This document shows positions 11,035 through 22,066 of a stretch of DNA of 64,000 nucleotides, one piece after another. The stretch is from positions 13,005,263 to 13,069,262 of the forward strand of contig NC_134028.1 in the NCBI RefSeq assembly GCF_964204645.1, in the 5' to 3' direction. The notes beneath the pieces were generated by a model. It did no database searches. It was not told the DNA's origin and was given only the letters and a program-made list of their open reading frames with translations. Within the stretch, counting starts at the first letter, position 1; each line of letters opens with the position of its first letter. The position numbers and the translations under genes were made by a program. Source of the stretch: Tubulanus polymorphus (taxonomy: Eukaryota > Animalia > Nemertea).

Positions 11035-12157
11035 ATGGCAGATAGTTTTCCAAAAGCTTTCCAATATAATAAATCAATTAAATATAATATTCCAGCAATA
11101 GATTTTAATAAAGATATTACATATAGAAATGAAGTTTCAGATTCATTAATTGATTTATATATTTATGTTACTGAAAGTAATAATTTTCATGTAAAGATGG
11201 AAAATATATTTCATGTGTATACAATTAATTTCAAAGATTTAAATGAGGCAAAACAATGGTTATTAAAATCAAATTGAATAATAATAATAATTTTTCTAAG
11301 TTTTATAAAATATGTAATGAATTTAATATTAATTCAAATAAAGATTTTAGAGCAAAAATTGGAACAATGGGCGGATTAGGAATATTATATACTAAAGAAT
11401 TTGGAAAAATAATAACAAATTCAGATATAAGAACACTAAATTGGAATGAATTACCAAAATATTATAATAATATACAACGACAAAATAATAATGGTTGGGT
11501 TAATTTCATTTTGGCAAATAGTGAAGGTTTTACTAAAGCTGGAATACAAAGAATAAATCAATCTATTAGAACATATTTGATATGTTTTTTAGGTGCGCAA
11601 GTTGAAACAAGATCACCAATAATTGGAAATGATAACACTTCATTCGATGCGCAGAAACAATTCAAAGTATTATTTGAAGATTCAATTCATAATGATAAAA
11701 ATAGATCTATTCCAGAAAACATTGTAAGATATCAAAATTATCTAGATAAATCACATATTAGATTAAATTATTGTATAGGCCCTAATCTATTAATTATTTC
11801 TAATGATTTAGTATTAACGATGGGAAACATAATTGGTTATAATAATCTAATTAAAACTGCAACAATAAATAATTCATTTGGATTGAATGATATAAATAAA
11901 AAGATTATTACTGCTCCAAAATTAATGGAAGGTGAAAAAAATAAAAAACATATTCAACTGAAACTAAAACTAATAATATTAAATTAAATAATGATTCTAA
12001 AATAAAAGATTACAAAACATCAGAAGATATAAAAACTGATATTATTCAACATGATATAATTAAACTAAATGATGATAATAAATCCCATGAAAATGCTAAA
12101 TCAGCTTTAACTTGTATAGAAATTGTAATCGGAGGAATATTATATTTTAAATTTTAA
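11035..12157 (+). pseudogene. Conserved Polinton hypothetical protein, copy A2, with internal deletion and frameshifts
   Basis: Homology to 42029-43347. Confidence 0.75.
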
Positions 12158-12172
12158 TTTTTTATTATGTAA

Positions 12173-13623
12173 ATGGATGTAGAAGGTGTAGAAGATATTG
12201 GGTGGCATGGGAAATAATAATGAAGGATATATTGATGATGATTATAATGATGCAGGTGCTAATCTTAATGAAACTAATATTGATAATGATGATGAATCGG
12301 CATATAATTCTAATTTAGCAGATAGTGGTTCTAAAGCCCCATCAACAGATGAATATATTAGAGGAGCTAAATCGAGAATACCTACTGAAAATGAAAATCC
12401 AGATTTAGTAAGAGAAAATATTGATTTTATGTATGATTTTCAACGTGAATCTGGAATCTGGATATAATATAAATGATAGAGGCGCCAGACTTTTAGTACA
12501 AAAATTAAAACTTTTTTAAGGTAAATATTATTATCGTTTGGATGGTGATTATTATATTGATATCACTAATCAAAGAACAAAACTAAATAAAATATTAGCG
12601 GAATCAACTTTGCTTAAGTTAGAACCAGATAGAATTAAGAGAATAAGTAATAGTAATGAAATAACTGATGTTACACAAGAAGAAAGAGATGATAATATAA
12701 GAGTATTTAGTCAAAGAATTGATGACTTATTTGAAACAATCGATAATAATTTAGAACCAGAAAGAAACTCTGAACAGAATATAAATTCCAAAACTAGTAA
12801 ACTTAAATCAAATAAAGTTCCAATTGAAAAACTTTTACCGAATGGATTAATTGACGCAACAGATCAAGAATTAGAAGATTTAGATATATTTTCTGATAAA
12901 GCAATTAGAAAAATTGAAAGTATAAGACTTGCATCTGATAAAATTGCGCATGATAAAAGTATAAGAGATATTGAAGTTAGAAATTTAGAAAAAGAATTAA
13001 CTGATAAAAATAAAGAAATAGAACAATTAAAGTCTGATCTTGATCGTCAAGTAATTGATGAAATGGAATATAGACAAAAAGAATTACGTTTAAAAAAAGA
13101 AATTAATAATTTAAAAGATAATTTAGAAGTACTGAAAGGCGAAAGAGATATATTATTAAAAGAACTTGGTAATAATTTTAAAAGATTAAAAGATGTTTTT
13201 AAAGATTTGTTGATAAAACCAGATTCTAAAATATCATTGAAAGATAGAATAAGATTATTATTTAAATTAGAAGGAATAACAATTCTTTCAATTCTAACAG
13301 CTGTAACTATGTTATTTACAACAATTGGTTTAGCAATATCAAATGCTTTGAAATCTACTCCTACTCCCAATAAACCGGATAAACCCCCAGATAATAATAA
13401 TTCTATACAAGATAAAGTTAAGGATGGTTTAAAGAAATATTTATGGGAACTATCTAAAAAATCTGCTGCAGCATTACCAGGAATTATTGCATCAATTGTT
13501 GGTTTTATATTGAAATCTGCAGGAAACATTATTAACTTTGCTGCTGAACATATTATTTTATTTTTAATTACAGTTGTAAGTGCTATTATTTTTGGGCTAG
13601 TAAACATGATAAAAAATGAATAA
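12173..13623 (+). pseudogene. Large acidic/coiled-coil protein with C-terminal hydrophobic segments (putative virion or membrane protein), frameshifted
   Basis: ORF pieces 12198-12467 and 12538-13623; C-terminal half nearly identical to 43879-44823. Confidence 0.7.
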
Positions 13624-13643
13624 TTAATTTTTTTGTTAAATAA

Positions 13644-14999
13644 ATGAGTGGGAGTTATATCAATCCTTCTAAGAATCATAGAATATCTAATGCTATTAAA
13701 GCAGAAAGATCACATCATATAATTACTCATAACCCTTCAAATATTAATCCCGATGAAACTTTATACGTTAGAATTCCTCGATTAACACAAAATACTTTTT
13801 ATGTTCCAAATAGTATTTATTTATCAGCCGATATAAAAGTAATCGGTAATAATAATAATTATGTTGTTGATAATGTTGGAAGATATTTGATTGAAAAATT
13901 AACAATAAAGATTGGCCCAGAAACAGTTTTCTCATTAGATGATTATAATTTATTTATGCATTATAAAGATTTATGGTTAATTAAAGAAAATAGAAATAAT
14001 ATGATATTTCAAGGAATCCAATCAGAAAACCAAAATAAATTAAGATCAGAAGCACATAATGCAATATTAACTAATGCTATAGATAAATTGATAAAAAGTA
14101 TATATGGAAGCAAATATAAAATTCCATTAGACTTTGAATTGATGAATAATAATGCGCCTTTATATAAATACGCAATTCAAGAAGACGTTATATTTGAGAT
14201 AACATTTGCTCCTGTTAATGAAATTGTAATATCTAGCGTTAATAAAGATATGAGTTATAAATTATCGAATATATGTTTAGAATATGATACACTAACTGAT
14301 GAAAATATTTCAAGTATAATTCAAACTAAATACAATCAAGGATTTTCATTATTATATGATTATATTGATAAATTTAAAACTGTAACTATTAATGCAAATG
14401 ATGAAATAATTAATGAGAATATTAACTTCCCAAGAAGATCTATTAAAGGTATATTAATATTTTTTACCATTGCAACATATACTAATGGTGCAATAAATGT
14501 TGATAATTATTATAATCCTGAAATAACAAACGTAGAAATAACTATCGAAGGAATAGCAAATAAAATATTTTGTCAAGGAATGAGAATGATTGATCAATGG
14601 CCAGAAATTAGAAAACATTTTATGAATGAAAAAGTAAAATCATCTGAAAATTGTAATATTAATCAAATTGATTATTATACCGGTAATAAATATGCATTAT
14701 GGTTAGATTTTAGAACAACAGAGGATAATTCATTACATGGTTCTGGGAAAAAATTACAGAACACTAAAGATGGAATACAATTATTCATGACAAAGAATAA
14801 AGGAAGCCTAAATTTCAAAATGCACATTTATATTATATCTGACGCGCAATTAAATATTGTAAATTCTCAATTGAATAGTGTTATGTATCAAAATTATAAC
14901 TTTAATAAAAATTTATATAATAAGCTGAAGGAGGTAAAGTATATAAACATATTCCATACATCGATACACATGAAAATAATGATGGTTTATATTATGTAA
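13644..14999 (+). CDS. Polinton major capsid protein (double jelly-roll); native stop lost at ~14888, reads into unrelated sequence
   Basis: ITHNPSNI...VRIPRL, YKLSNICLEYD, YALWLDFRT..DNSLHGSG; size and position next to integrase/ATPase; 415-aa homolog at 44844. Confidence 0.8.
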   Translation: MSGSYINPSKNHRISNAIKAERSHHIITHNPSNINPDETLYVRIPRLTQNTFYVPNSIYLSADIKVIGNNNNYVVDNVGRYLIEKLTIKIGPETVFSLDDYNLFMHYKDLWLIKENRNNMIFQGIQSENQNKLRSEAHNAILTNAIDKLIKSIYGSKYKIPLDFELMNNNAPLYKYAIQEDVIFEITFAPVNEIVISSVNKDMSYKLSNICLEYDTLTDENISSIIQTKYNQGFSLLYDYIDKFKTVTINANDEIINENINFPRRSIKGILIFFTIATYTNGAINVDNYYNPEITNVEITIEGIANKIFCQGMRMIDQWPEIRKHFMNEKVKSSENCNINQIDYYTGNKYALWLDFRTTEDNSLHGSGKKLQNTKDGIQLFMTKNKGSLNFKMHIYIISDAQLNIVNSQLNSVMYQNYNFNKNLYNKLKEVKYINIFHTSIHMKIMMVYIM

Positions 15000-15787
15000 T
15001 ACCTTGTAATATAGCTTTGATATTTGATCCTATTTTCAAAATTTATAAAACTAAACTAATAGAAATCGATAATAATAAAAGTGGTGTTGTTGATAATTTA
15101 AGTAATGTAATTGATAATAATGTAATACCTTCTACATCTAATAATGTAATACCTACTACATCAAATAATGTAATACCTACTACATCTAATAATGTAATAC
15201 CTTCTACATCTAATAATGTAATACCTACTACATCTAATAATGCAATAATATTAAATGTTAGTGAAAATAGAAATTATTGTGATTATTGTAAAGGCAAATT
15301 TTCAAACGCTCCATCAAATTGGAATAATCATATGAATACAAAGGTACATATTACTAATGTTATAGAACGTGTTGGTAAAAAATAATTTATAGAACACCCA
15401 TTTAGATATGTTACAAAGTTTGTTTCAAATCAAAAAGTAAATGGTAAAGAATTATATGAAGATTTATTATTAGCAACACCTAATAAAGATGAATTAGATT
15501 TAACCGATGCTATTAAATTAGAATCAAACATTGTAAATGAAATATTAGGATCAAACACTAATTAAGATAATAATGAAAATACAGGAAAGCGCATTGATAA
15601 TAAAGATTCTATGAAACTTAAATCAGAAAATAAAGATATAGTTGAGATGACTAATAAGTATATCAATAAACCAATTATTTATGAAGATTCGGTAGAGCAT
15701 TTGAATAAATTGTTAGGGTATGATGATGAATTGGAGAGTGATGATGAAAGTGATTCAGAAAGTAATTATCTAACACTCAAAAAGTAA
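14935..15787 (+). pseudogene. Hypothetical zinc-finger protein fragment with NNVIP(S/T)TS repeats and acidic tail
   Basis: CDYC...H...H motif; in-frame stop at 15383-15385, frame continues to ~15787. Confidence 0.55.
15116..15241 (+). repeat. 24-bp coding tandem repeat x5
   Basis: AATAATGTAATACCT(T/A)CTACATCT units. Confidence 0.9.
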
Positions 15788-15847
15788 TAAAGGTTGAAAA
15801 TTGTATAAAATAATAGTAAATAAAAAAGGGGGTTTTAAGTATTAAGG

Positions 15848-15913
15848 TATCTAATACGTATCTAACACGTATCTAATACGTATTTAATACATATCTAATA
15901 CATATCTAATACC
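15848..15913. repeat. 11-bp tandem repeat (RTATCTAATAC) x6 between convergent genes
   Basis: Directly visible. Confidence 0.85.
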
Positions 15914-16123
15914 TATTATTTGAAAATACCTTAAATTATATTTCTTTTTTAAATTTATATTGAAACCTCAGTAATAATAAATAACCTTTATTATTTTCAA
16001 ACTTATTCATATATTAGTTGAAAAAAATAAAAATAAATTGGTTGAAAATTGTATGAATATTTAATTTATTAATATTTAATACGTATTAAATTATTATTAT
16101 TAGATACATAGATATACAAATAG

Positions 16124-16735
16124 TTATTTTATAAATTTATATTCATATGGAAATTGTAATCTCAGTAATAATTTTGAACCTTTATTATTCTTTAATTTAT
16201 TCATATATTCATCATGTAACTCAGTAGGTATAATTAGATTTTCTTCCAATGATTGTTGCATAGATTTTCTATCTTTATTGTAGAATAAAACTAGAAATCT
16301 TATATTCTCCCTAAAGTCTTTAACAATTGAATTATATTTTTGATTTAAAACCCATGTTGTTATCCCAAAATGTCTACCAGAAAAAGCTAGATAACATAAT
16401 TCACTTTCTCTAACTTTTGAATCATGTAAATTTGCGCATTCATCTACAATGAATAATGTATTTGATCCTTTATAAGTATCAATTGCTATTTTTATACAAT
16501 TATCTAAATTTTCTTTTACTGTTTTAGGATTTAATATAATTAACTTTTTTATCTTAACTATATCTCTATTATATGTTTTATTCATTTCATAAGTAGGACA
16601 GAATAATATTATATTATCAAAATGATTCTTATAAATAGTATCTAACAAATCTAATTTGAAATGTGTTTTACCACAGTTTGTTACACCAGTAACTAACATA
16701 TTATGCGGTTCAAATATAAATAAATCTTTATTCAT
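16124..16735 (-). CDS. A32/FtsK-like DNA packaging ATPase
   Basis: Walker A GVTNCGKT, Walker B FIVDE, SGRH..I...LNQ motif. Confidence 0.9.
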   Translation of the reverse strand: MNKDLFIFEPHNMLVTGVTNCGKTHFKLDLLDTIYKNHFDNIILFCPTYEMNKTYNRDIVKIKKLIILNPKTVKENLDNCIKIAIDTYKGSNTLFIVDECANLHDSKVRESELCYLAFSGRHFGITTWVLNQKYNSIVKDFRENIRFLVLFYNKDRKSMQQSLEENLIIPTELHDEYMNKLKNNKGSKLLLRLQFPYEYKFIK

Positions 16736-17814
16736 TTATTTTTTTAATTTTACTAGGTAAAATCCATTAATTAAATTTATCATCATATCCTTTATATTTC
16801 ACCAAAGATTATTTTTTTCCTTTAAGAGTTTTTGTTTTCAATACTTTTTCTATTTTGTATTCTATTTCATCTGGATTTGGTACAAGTGATAATTCTTGTT
16901 CAAAGAAATAACCTAATATTTCTTCATCTTTTAAATCTTCTAATTTATAAACAAAAGGTTTAGTTAATATTATCTTTTTAATCTTGAATATTTCTTCAGT
17001 AAAATTAGGGGTATAACCTGTATAAAATGTTTTTCTATATTTAGATATTCTGACATGTTGCCTAATTTTAAATTTAGGTTCACCGAAATCATGTGTAACA
17101 AATGCTCCATATAAATTATTCCAAACTATTTCCGAATTATCTTCTTTTCTAGCTTGTATAGGTTTCATATTTATAGAACTATGTTTAGAATTATTATAAC
17201 CTTTCACTAAATCATCTAATACATCGATATATTTATATGTTTCATAAGCAGTAAAATATTTCCACATTCTAGTTTTCAATGTTTTATTAAATCTTTCTAT
17301 AATAGATGCTTTTTTATCTGAATGTGTTAAAAAATATTCTACATCGTTATCAGATAATAGTTTTTTAAAATGTTTGTTATAGAATTCCTTACCTTCATCA
17401 AATTGTATCTTATCTGGAATAGCTTCTTTAAATATTGATTTAAAAGCATTTGTCACTTCTATACCAGTTTTATTTTTGATTGGACTTGACCATGCGTATC
17501 TACTGAATATGTCTATAACATTAAATATCCAGAAATATCCTTTGTTGTATTCCTCTAAGTTCTTCATGTCAATTAAATCTGCTTGCCATTGTTGATCAAT
17601 ATATGAAACCATAACTTTTCTTGTTAAATAAGTTTTATCCATTTTCTTGTGGATTTGATATGTTGGTTGATTTTGTAACCATGATTTTAATTCGCTATAT
17701 TTTATATTTTCCTTATCAGATTTAATTTTACCCCATAATTCTGTAACGTTAGAATATGATACTTCACTTTCTGGGTTATAATATAAATCTCTTAAATATT
17801 GTTCTTTTTTTCAT
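16736..17814 (-). pseudogene. Retroviral-like (rve, DDE) integrase with C-terminal chromodomain, frameshifted at both ends
   Basis: WQADLIDM, IDIFSRYAW, FDEGKEF, IERFNKTLK, YNNSKHSSI; core ORF 16809-17642. Confidence 0.9.
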
Positions 17815-17820
17815 CTTATT

Positions 17821-18189
17821 TTAATCCATTAATAATAATTTAGATTTAGTTTCGATGACTTTATGATTTGACTTATTTTCTGGTATAATAGGTTTATTGT
17901 CATTGGAATCATATTTATCATCAGATTTGAATTTTGATTTATATATTACACCGGATAATATAATAACTGTTACTAATCCAATTGTAATATATAATTTATA
18001 ATTACTTCCAGCATTAGAAGAATCAGATGGATTATTATTTGAATCAATATCAGATAATTTCTGTGATTCATTTATATCAGTTAATTTCTTTTTCTTAGCT
18101 TTTTTTAATTCTGAAGATCTTTTACCTAATTCTCTTGCCCATTTAATTTGTTTCTCGGATCTAGGCTTCTTCTTAACTCCATCACTCAT
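17821..18189 (-). CDS. Basic single-TM Polinton protein (122 aa)
   Basis: KKPRSEKQIKW; homolog at 48793-49155. Confidence 0.72.
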   Translation of the reverse strand: MSDGVKKKPRSEKQIKWARELGKRSSELKKAKKKKLTDINESQKLSDIDSNNNPSDSSNAGSNYKLYITIGLVTVIILSGVIYKSKFKSDDKYDSNDNKPIIPENKSNHKVIETKSKLLLMD

Positions 18190-18784
18190 TTATTTTAGTT
18201 AATTTTTGTTCTGATTCATTTTCTGTTTCGGTGTTTGGTTGTAGTACATCTGTTTCGTTCTTACCTGATTTATATTCCATAGGCTTGATATTCGAAAATG
18301 TTATGACGCGAGTAGAAATTAATGTCATAACCGATCCTAATTGAAATGAAGCATATCCAACCCATTTTTGTAATTCAGTCATAACTAAGTAGTCATTTTT
18401 CAAATCACTATATAATTTATTTTCATCATTAATTGGTATTAACTGGTTACATAACTTAGAATAACATTTGACAATACCATGTGAAATAGAATCATTTATT
18501 CGGGCTAATCTAGCTTCTTCATAAATCTTAAAATATTTTATTACTTTATCTGGTTTCATAGAGTCTAGTTCTTGAAAAGTAATGATTCTATTTAAAAACT
18601 CTTTAGATTTCCCGCCAGCAATTAGTAATTCAAGATGGTGTTTACAATATAAATAGTATTCATAATCTATATTACAATTAACTTGAGCACAATTAGTTAC
18701 AACTGTATCTTTATTATCACTTATACCCAAATCATCTAATGTTTTTTCAATATCAATACTATTCTTATTAGATTTCTTTGACAT
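18182..18784 (-). CDS. Polinton hypothetical protein (200 aa)
   Basis: TAAATG start; homolog at 48260-48792. Confidence 0.72.
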   Translation of the reverse strand: MSKKSNKNSIDIEKTLDDLGISDNKDTVVTNCAQVNCNIDYEYYLYCKHHLELLIAGGKSKEFLNRIITFQELDSMKPDKVIKYFKIYEEARLARINDSISHGIVKCYSKLCNQLIPINDENKLYSDLKNDYLVMTELQKWVGYASFQLGSVMTLISTRVITFSNIKPMEYKSGKNETDVLQPNTETENESEQKLTKINE

Positions 18785-19194
18785 TTATATTAGAGAAATT
18801 TAATAAGAAAAATATTATAAGTATTCTTCAAATGATACTAGATAGTTAAAGTTAAAGAATTCTAGTATTGACTACTGATACTAGCTATTTGAATTTAAAG
18901 AATTTCTATTTGAATCTATTCAAAATATAAAGTATTCTCTTTTTGAAAAGAAAATATTAAAAATATAATAGAATTCACTAGCAGTTGAAGTTATTGTTTT
19001 TTTATTATATTTTATTTAAATTAGGATTTAATATCTCACTACTATTGTCTATCTATTAGGAGCAGTAATTATAACTGTCCAGATAAGTCATTTCGGATCC
19101 TCGATAATAAATCCTCAAACTGAAAATAAATTCAAAGAAACGACTGGTGGAATTACTATTTCATAAACACATATATTTATTATACAAATTTTAG

Positions 19195-19541
19195 CGATCG
19201 ATAATAGAACAATGGAGAACAATAGAAAAGCGGTCCAATCGGACCGGTTATTGCGCAATACACAGTTATATTTTTATTCTGTAAACTACAAAATTCAAAC
19301 ATAGAACTGTAACCAATCAATATTGAGCAGCTGTTTAAGTCAACAACGATCAATAATAGAACAATGGAGAACAATAGAAAAGCGGTTCAATCGGACCGGT
19401 TATTGCGCAATACCTAGTTAACAGTAAACTATCAATACAGAACAACCGCCGCCATTAACAACGATCAATAATAGAACAATGGAGAACAATAGAAAAGCGG
19501 TTCAATCGGACCGGTAATTGCACAATACTTAGTTAACAGTA
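19195..19541. repeat. Three interspersed ~67-85-bp direct repeats containing palindromes
   Basis: Core ATAATAGAACAATGGAGAACAATAGAAAAGCGGTYCAATCGGACCGGTTATTGCGCAATAC at ~19195, ~19347 and ~19462. Confidence 0.88.
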
Positions 19542-20130
19542 ATCAATACAATATTAGAACAGATATATACAATCGAGTTTACATTTTTTGATATCTATAT
19601 TACAAAGACCTCCAGTGTGTTACGAGAGTTTCATCCTCCATTTCTATTGATTCCTGAGTTTCACTATCCAGCAGCATTAGTTCCTTTTCCGATGGTTGGC
19701 TTAGAATTTCTGGTTCATCTTTGTATTCCATTTTAATCTAAAAGATGTCGTGAAAATGAATTACTGTACTTAAATATGTTTACTTCATAATATATGTACT
19801 TACATTTAGATTTAGAACTGTAAACTGTGTTTTGAGAGAGAATATCCAATACGTACTATGTATGTGAAAGTTGATTTCTAACTGCCGACGTGGCGCACGT
19901 TCGACCAAACTAATTACTTCTGCACGTTTGCCTGGATTGTAACAGATGTTCCTTTGTGATGTAATTGATTAATCCTTTTCAACTGAAATAGCACATTCGA
20001 TCAATATTCAAATGAGGTGCGCCCCATTCAACTGAATATGAAATACGGCACAGATGTTTTTGTAAACAACCTAATACAATTACATATAGGGGGTTTGACA
20101 TAGACCGAGAGTAACCGGTTTTCTAAGCGT

Positions 20131-20784
20131 TTAAGCTTCAACGTATTTTTCATTATGTGTTGAGTTCCATAATTCAACAAATGTCTTTGCTTTATCCAAT
20201 TGATCTAAATATAACTGTAAATCTAGTTTGTTAGATTTAATTATGTTTTCCTTCTTTTCTAAAGGTCTTAAATTCTTCCAATTCCAAATAAGTTTTTTAT
20301 TGTATTCATCATTCATGTCAAATTTAGAAATCGGCAACACGTGATCAATATGAAAGTATTCACCATAATTATCTATATTCATTTTATCATCGAATTGATA
20401 TATTATCCATGATTTTAAGAATTCATCTGAACAACCCAATAAATGAGATAGTGTTTCTGAATGTGTTTCTTTGTGGAATAATTGTGTTAATCTAGATCTT
20501 AAGCATTGTTTCAATCTAAAATTAAGATCTGTTTGAGATCTTTCTCTCATATATTCTGCCATATAATAATTATAATGTTCTATATTATCTTCTCGGTACT
20601 GTTTGGTATATAGTTTAAAACAAGTTTTACAGCAATATTGAAAACCATCTTTGCTAATCTTACGCTTACTAAATTCTGTTAAAGCTAATTTATCTAATTC
20701 ACACTTAGAACACTTCTTGTAGTATATATTTATAACACCAGTGTTATTTGTAATATTTATAGTTTGTGGTTGTTCTGATTCCAT
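20131..20784 (-). CDS. HNH-family endonuclease with N-terminal CxxC...CxxC zinc ribbon (giant-virus/phage type)
   Basis: KKCSKC...CKTC; LLGCS; NYGEYFHIDHVLPISKFD; NLRPL...N..KSNK; TAAATG start. Confidence 0.8.
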   Translation of the reverse strand: MESEQPQTINITNNTGVINIYYKKCSKCELDKLALTEFSKRKISKDGFQYCCKTCFKLYTKQYREDNIEHYNYYMAEYMRERSQTDLNFRLKQCLRSRLTQLFHKETHSETLSHLLGCSDEFLKSWIIYQFDDKMNIDNYGEYFHIDHVLPISKFDMNDEYNKKLIWNWKNLRPLEKKENIIKSNKLDLQLYLDQLDKAKTFVELWNSTHNEKYVEA

Positions 20785-21015
20785 TTATTATACATATTTT
20801 TTTAAAATTGATTTTAGAAGTTCAATGATTTATATCATGTATTATTTCAATCACACTTTACTAACACTTTTAATGTTAAAAATCTAACTCATACAAATAT
20901 AAATATTGAAATAATGTTGTAAATATATCTATATATTTATTCTATAAGAGCTTACACTTTTATATTGAATAATCTGTCAATTTAAATGTTATTCATGTAT
21001 ATGATTATTTTAAGA

Positions 21016-21277
21016 GTAATAGGGGTAATAGGCTTTCAGGTTAAAGGTTGAACGGGCGGGTGAGTAAAAATGAAAAACATGAAAATACTTACAATTTCTA
21101 CTTGAATTAGGAGTGAAACTCATAAAAATGAAAAATAAATTTGTGTGAGAATTTATTTTTCATTTTTATGAGTTTCGCGAGTAATTCAAGTAGAAATTGT
21201 AATTATTTTCATGTTTTTCATTTTTACGAGCTCGACCGTTCGACCTTTGGCTTGAAAGCCTATTACCCCTATTACTT
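21016..21277. mobile_element. Foldback MITE (~260-bp imperfect hairpin)
   Basis: AGTAATAGGGGTAATAGGCTTTCA...TGAAAGCCTATTACCCCTATTACT; related sequence at ~63830-63930. Confidence 0.8.
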
Positions 21278-22066
21278 ATAAACTCATAGCTTCATCAACT
21301 GATTGAAAATCTCTATGTGTAATTTTCTGATTATATAATTCTTTGTTAATATAGTCCATATAATTTGTCTCTTTTCTCTATATTCTTCTGCAGCTTTATT
21401 ATATTTTTCTAAGGCCAAATTATGCCTTTTCTGTTCTCCTAATGAACTATTTTTATCAATATGTTTAAATAAATATCCACCACCAGTAAATGCCAAAGCG
21501 TATATTTTTGTTTTTCCAAATAATCAATAGTTAAATTAGATAAAGTAACTGCTAATGTTAATTTCAAGATATCATTTATATCAAATCTATCAACATTGAC
21601 ACTTCCGATTTTAAATACTTTTTTTAATACCATTGTATAACCAACAGTTCCGACTGATAGTAATGCTCCATTATATAATCCATTTATTATCCACTTATTA
21701 TAACTCATTTATTAATAAAAAAATCACCTTCTTCAAAATATTTAGTTATCTTTAGTTATAATTATTTCAACATTTATTTCATTACTACTTTTATGATTAT
21801 CATATATTTCAGTTAATATGTTTTTAATATCATCGATAATTCCATCTTCATTTCATTCATAATATTCTAAGGGTGTTTTAATTAAATCAATCACATTTTC
21901 TATATCATAATTTTCTTTTTAATCATTGATGCATTGTTAAATGATTTACTTTTAATATCAGTAATTACATCATTAAGTTTAATTCTCATTTCTTTACCAT
22001 GTTTAATATCAAACCCAAAACATATACTCGGTCCAACAGTTATATTCATTTATATAGTGTGAAAAA

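Larger units (their letters stand above)
8747..11985 (+). repeat. Second unit of a ~3.4-kb tandem duplication (first unit ~1601-8748, containing the Penelope insertion)
   Basis: At ~8747 the sequence restarts at ATCATGAAATAGATTTCGAATAA, as at 1601; this unit has a ~200-bp deletion at ~11272. Confidence 0.9.
1..14888 (+). mobile_element. Polinton/Maverick element A (partial; left end outside window), replication + virion module, internally duplicated and interrupted by a Penelope element
   Basis: pPolB C-terminus, penton-like gene, small membrane genes and MCP, in nearly the same order as the complete element at 33291-49997 and highly similar to it; many stops and frameshifts. Confidence 0.9.

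Noticed and set aside
13047-13679. 210-aa minus-strand ORF and similar antisense ORFs (3479, 4668, 5370, 35937, 45552, 48759)
   Set aside because: Shadows of real genes on the opposite strand, with no motifs
19195-19541. CRISPR-like repeat-spacer array
   Set aside because: Only three long repeats, spacers unequal and partly homologous, no cas genes, eukaryotic viral context
21016-21277. Polinton terminus (starts AGTAAT like the TIR of element C)
   Set aside because: Self-contained hairpin with no further similarity to the TIR; related sequence at ~63830-63930 lies in host DNA
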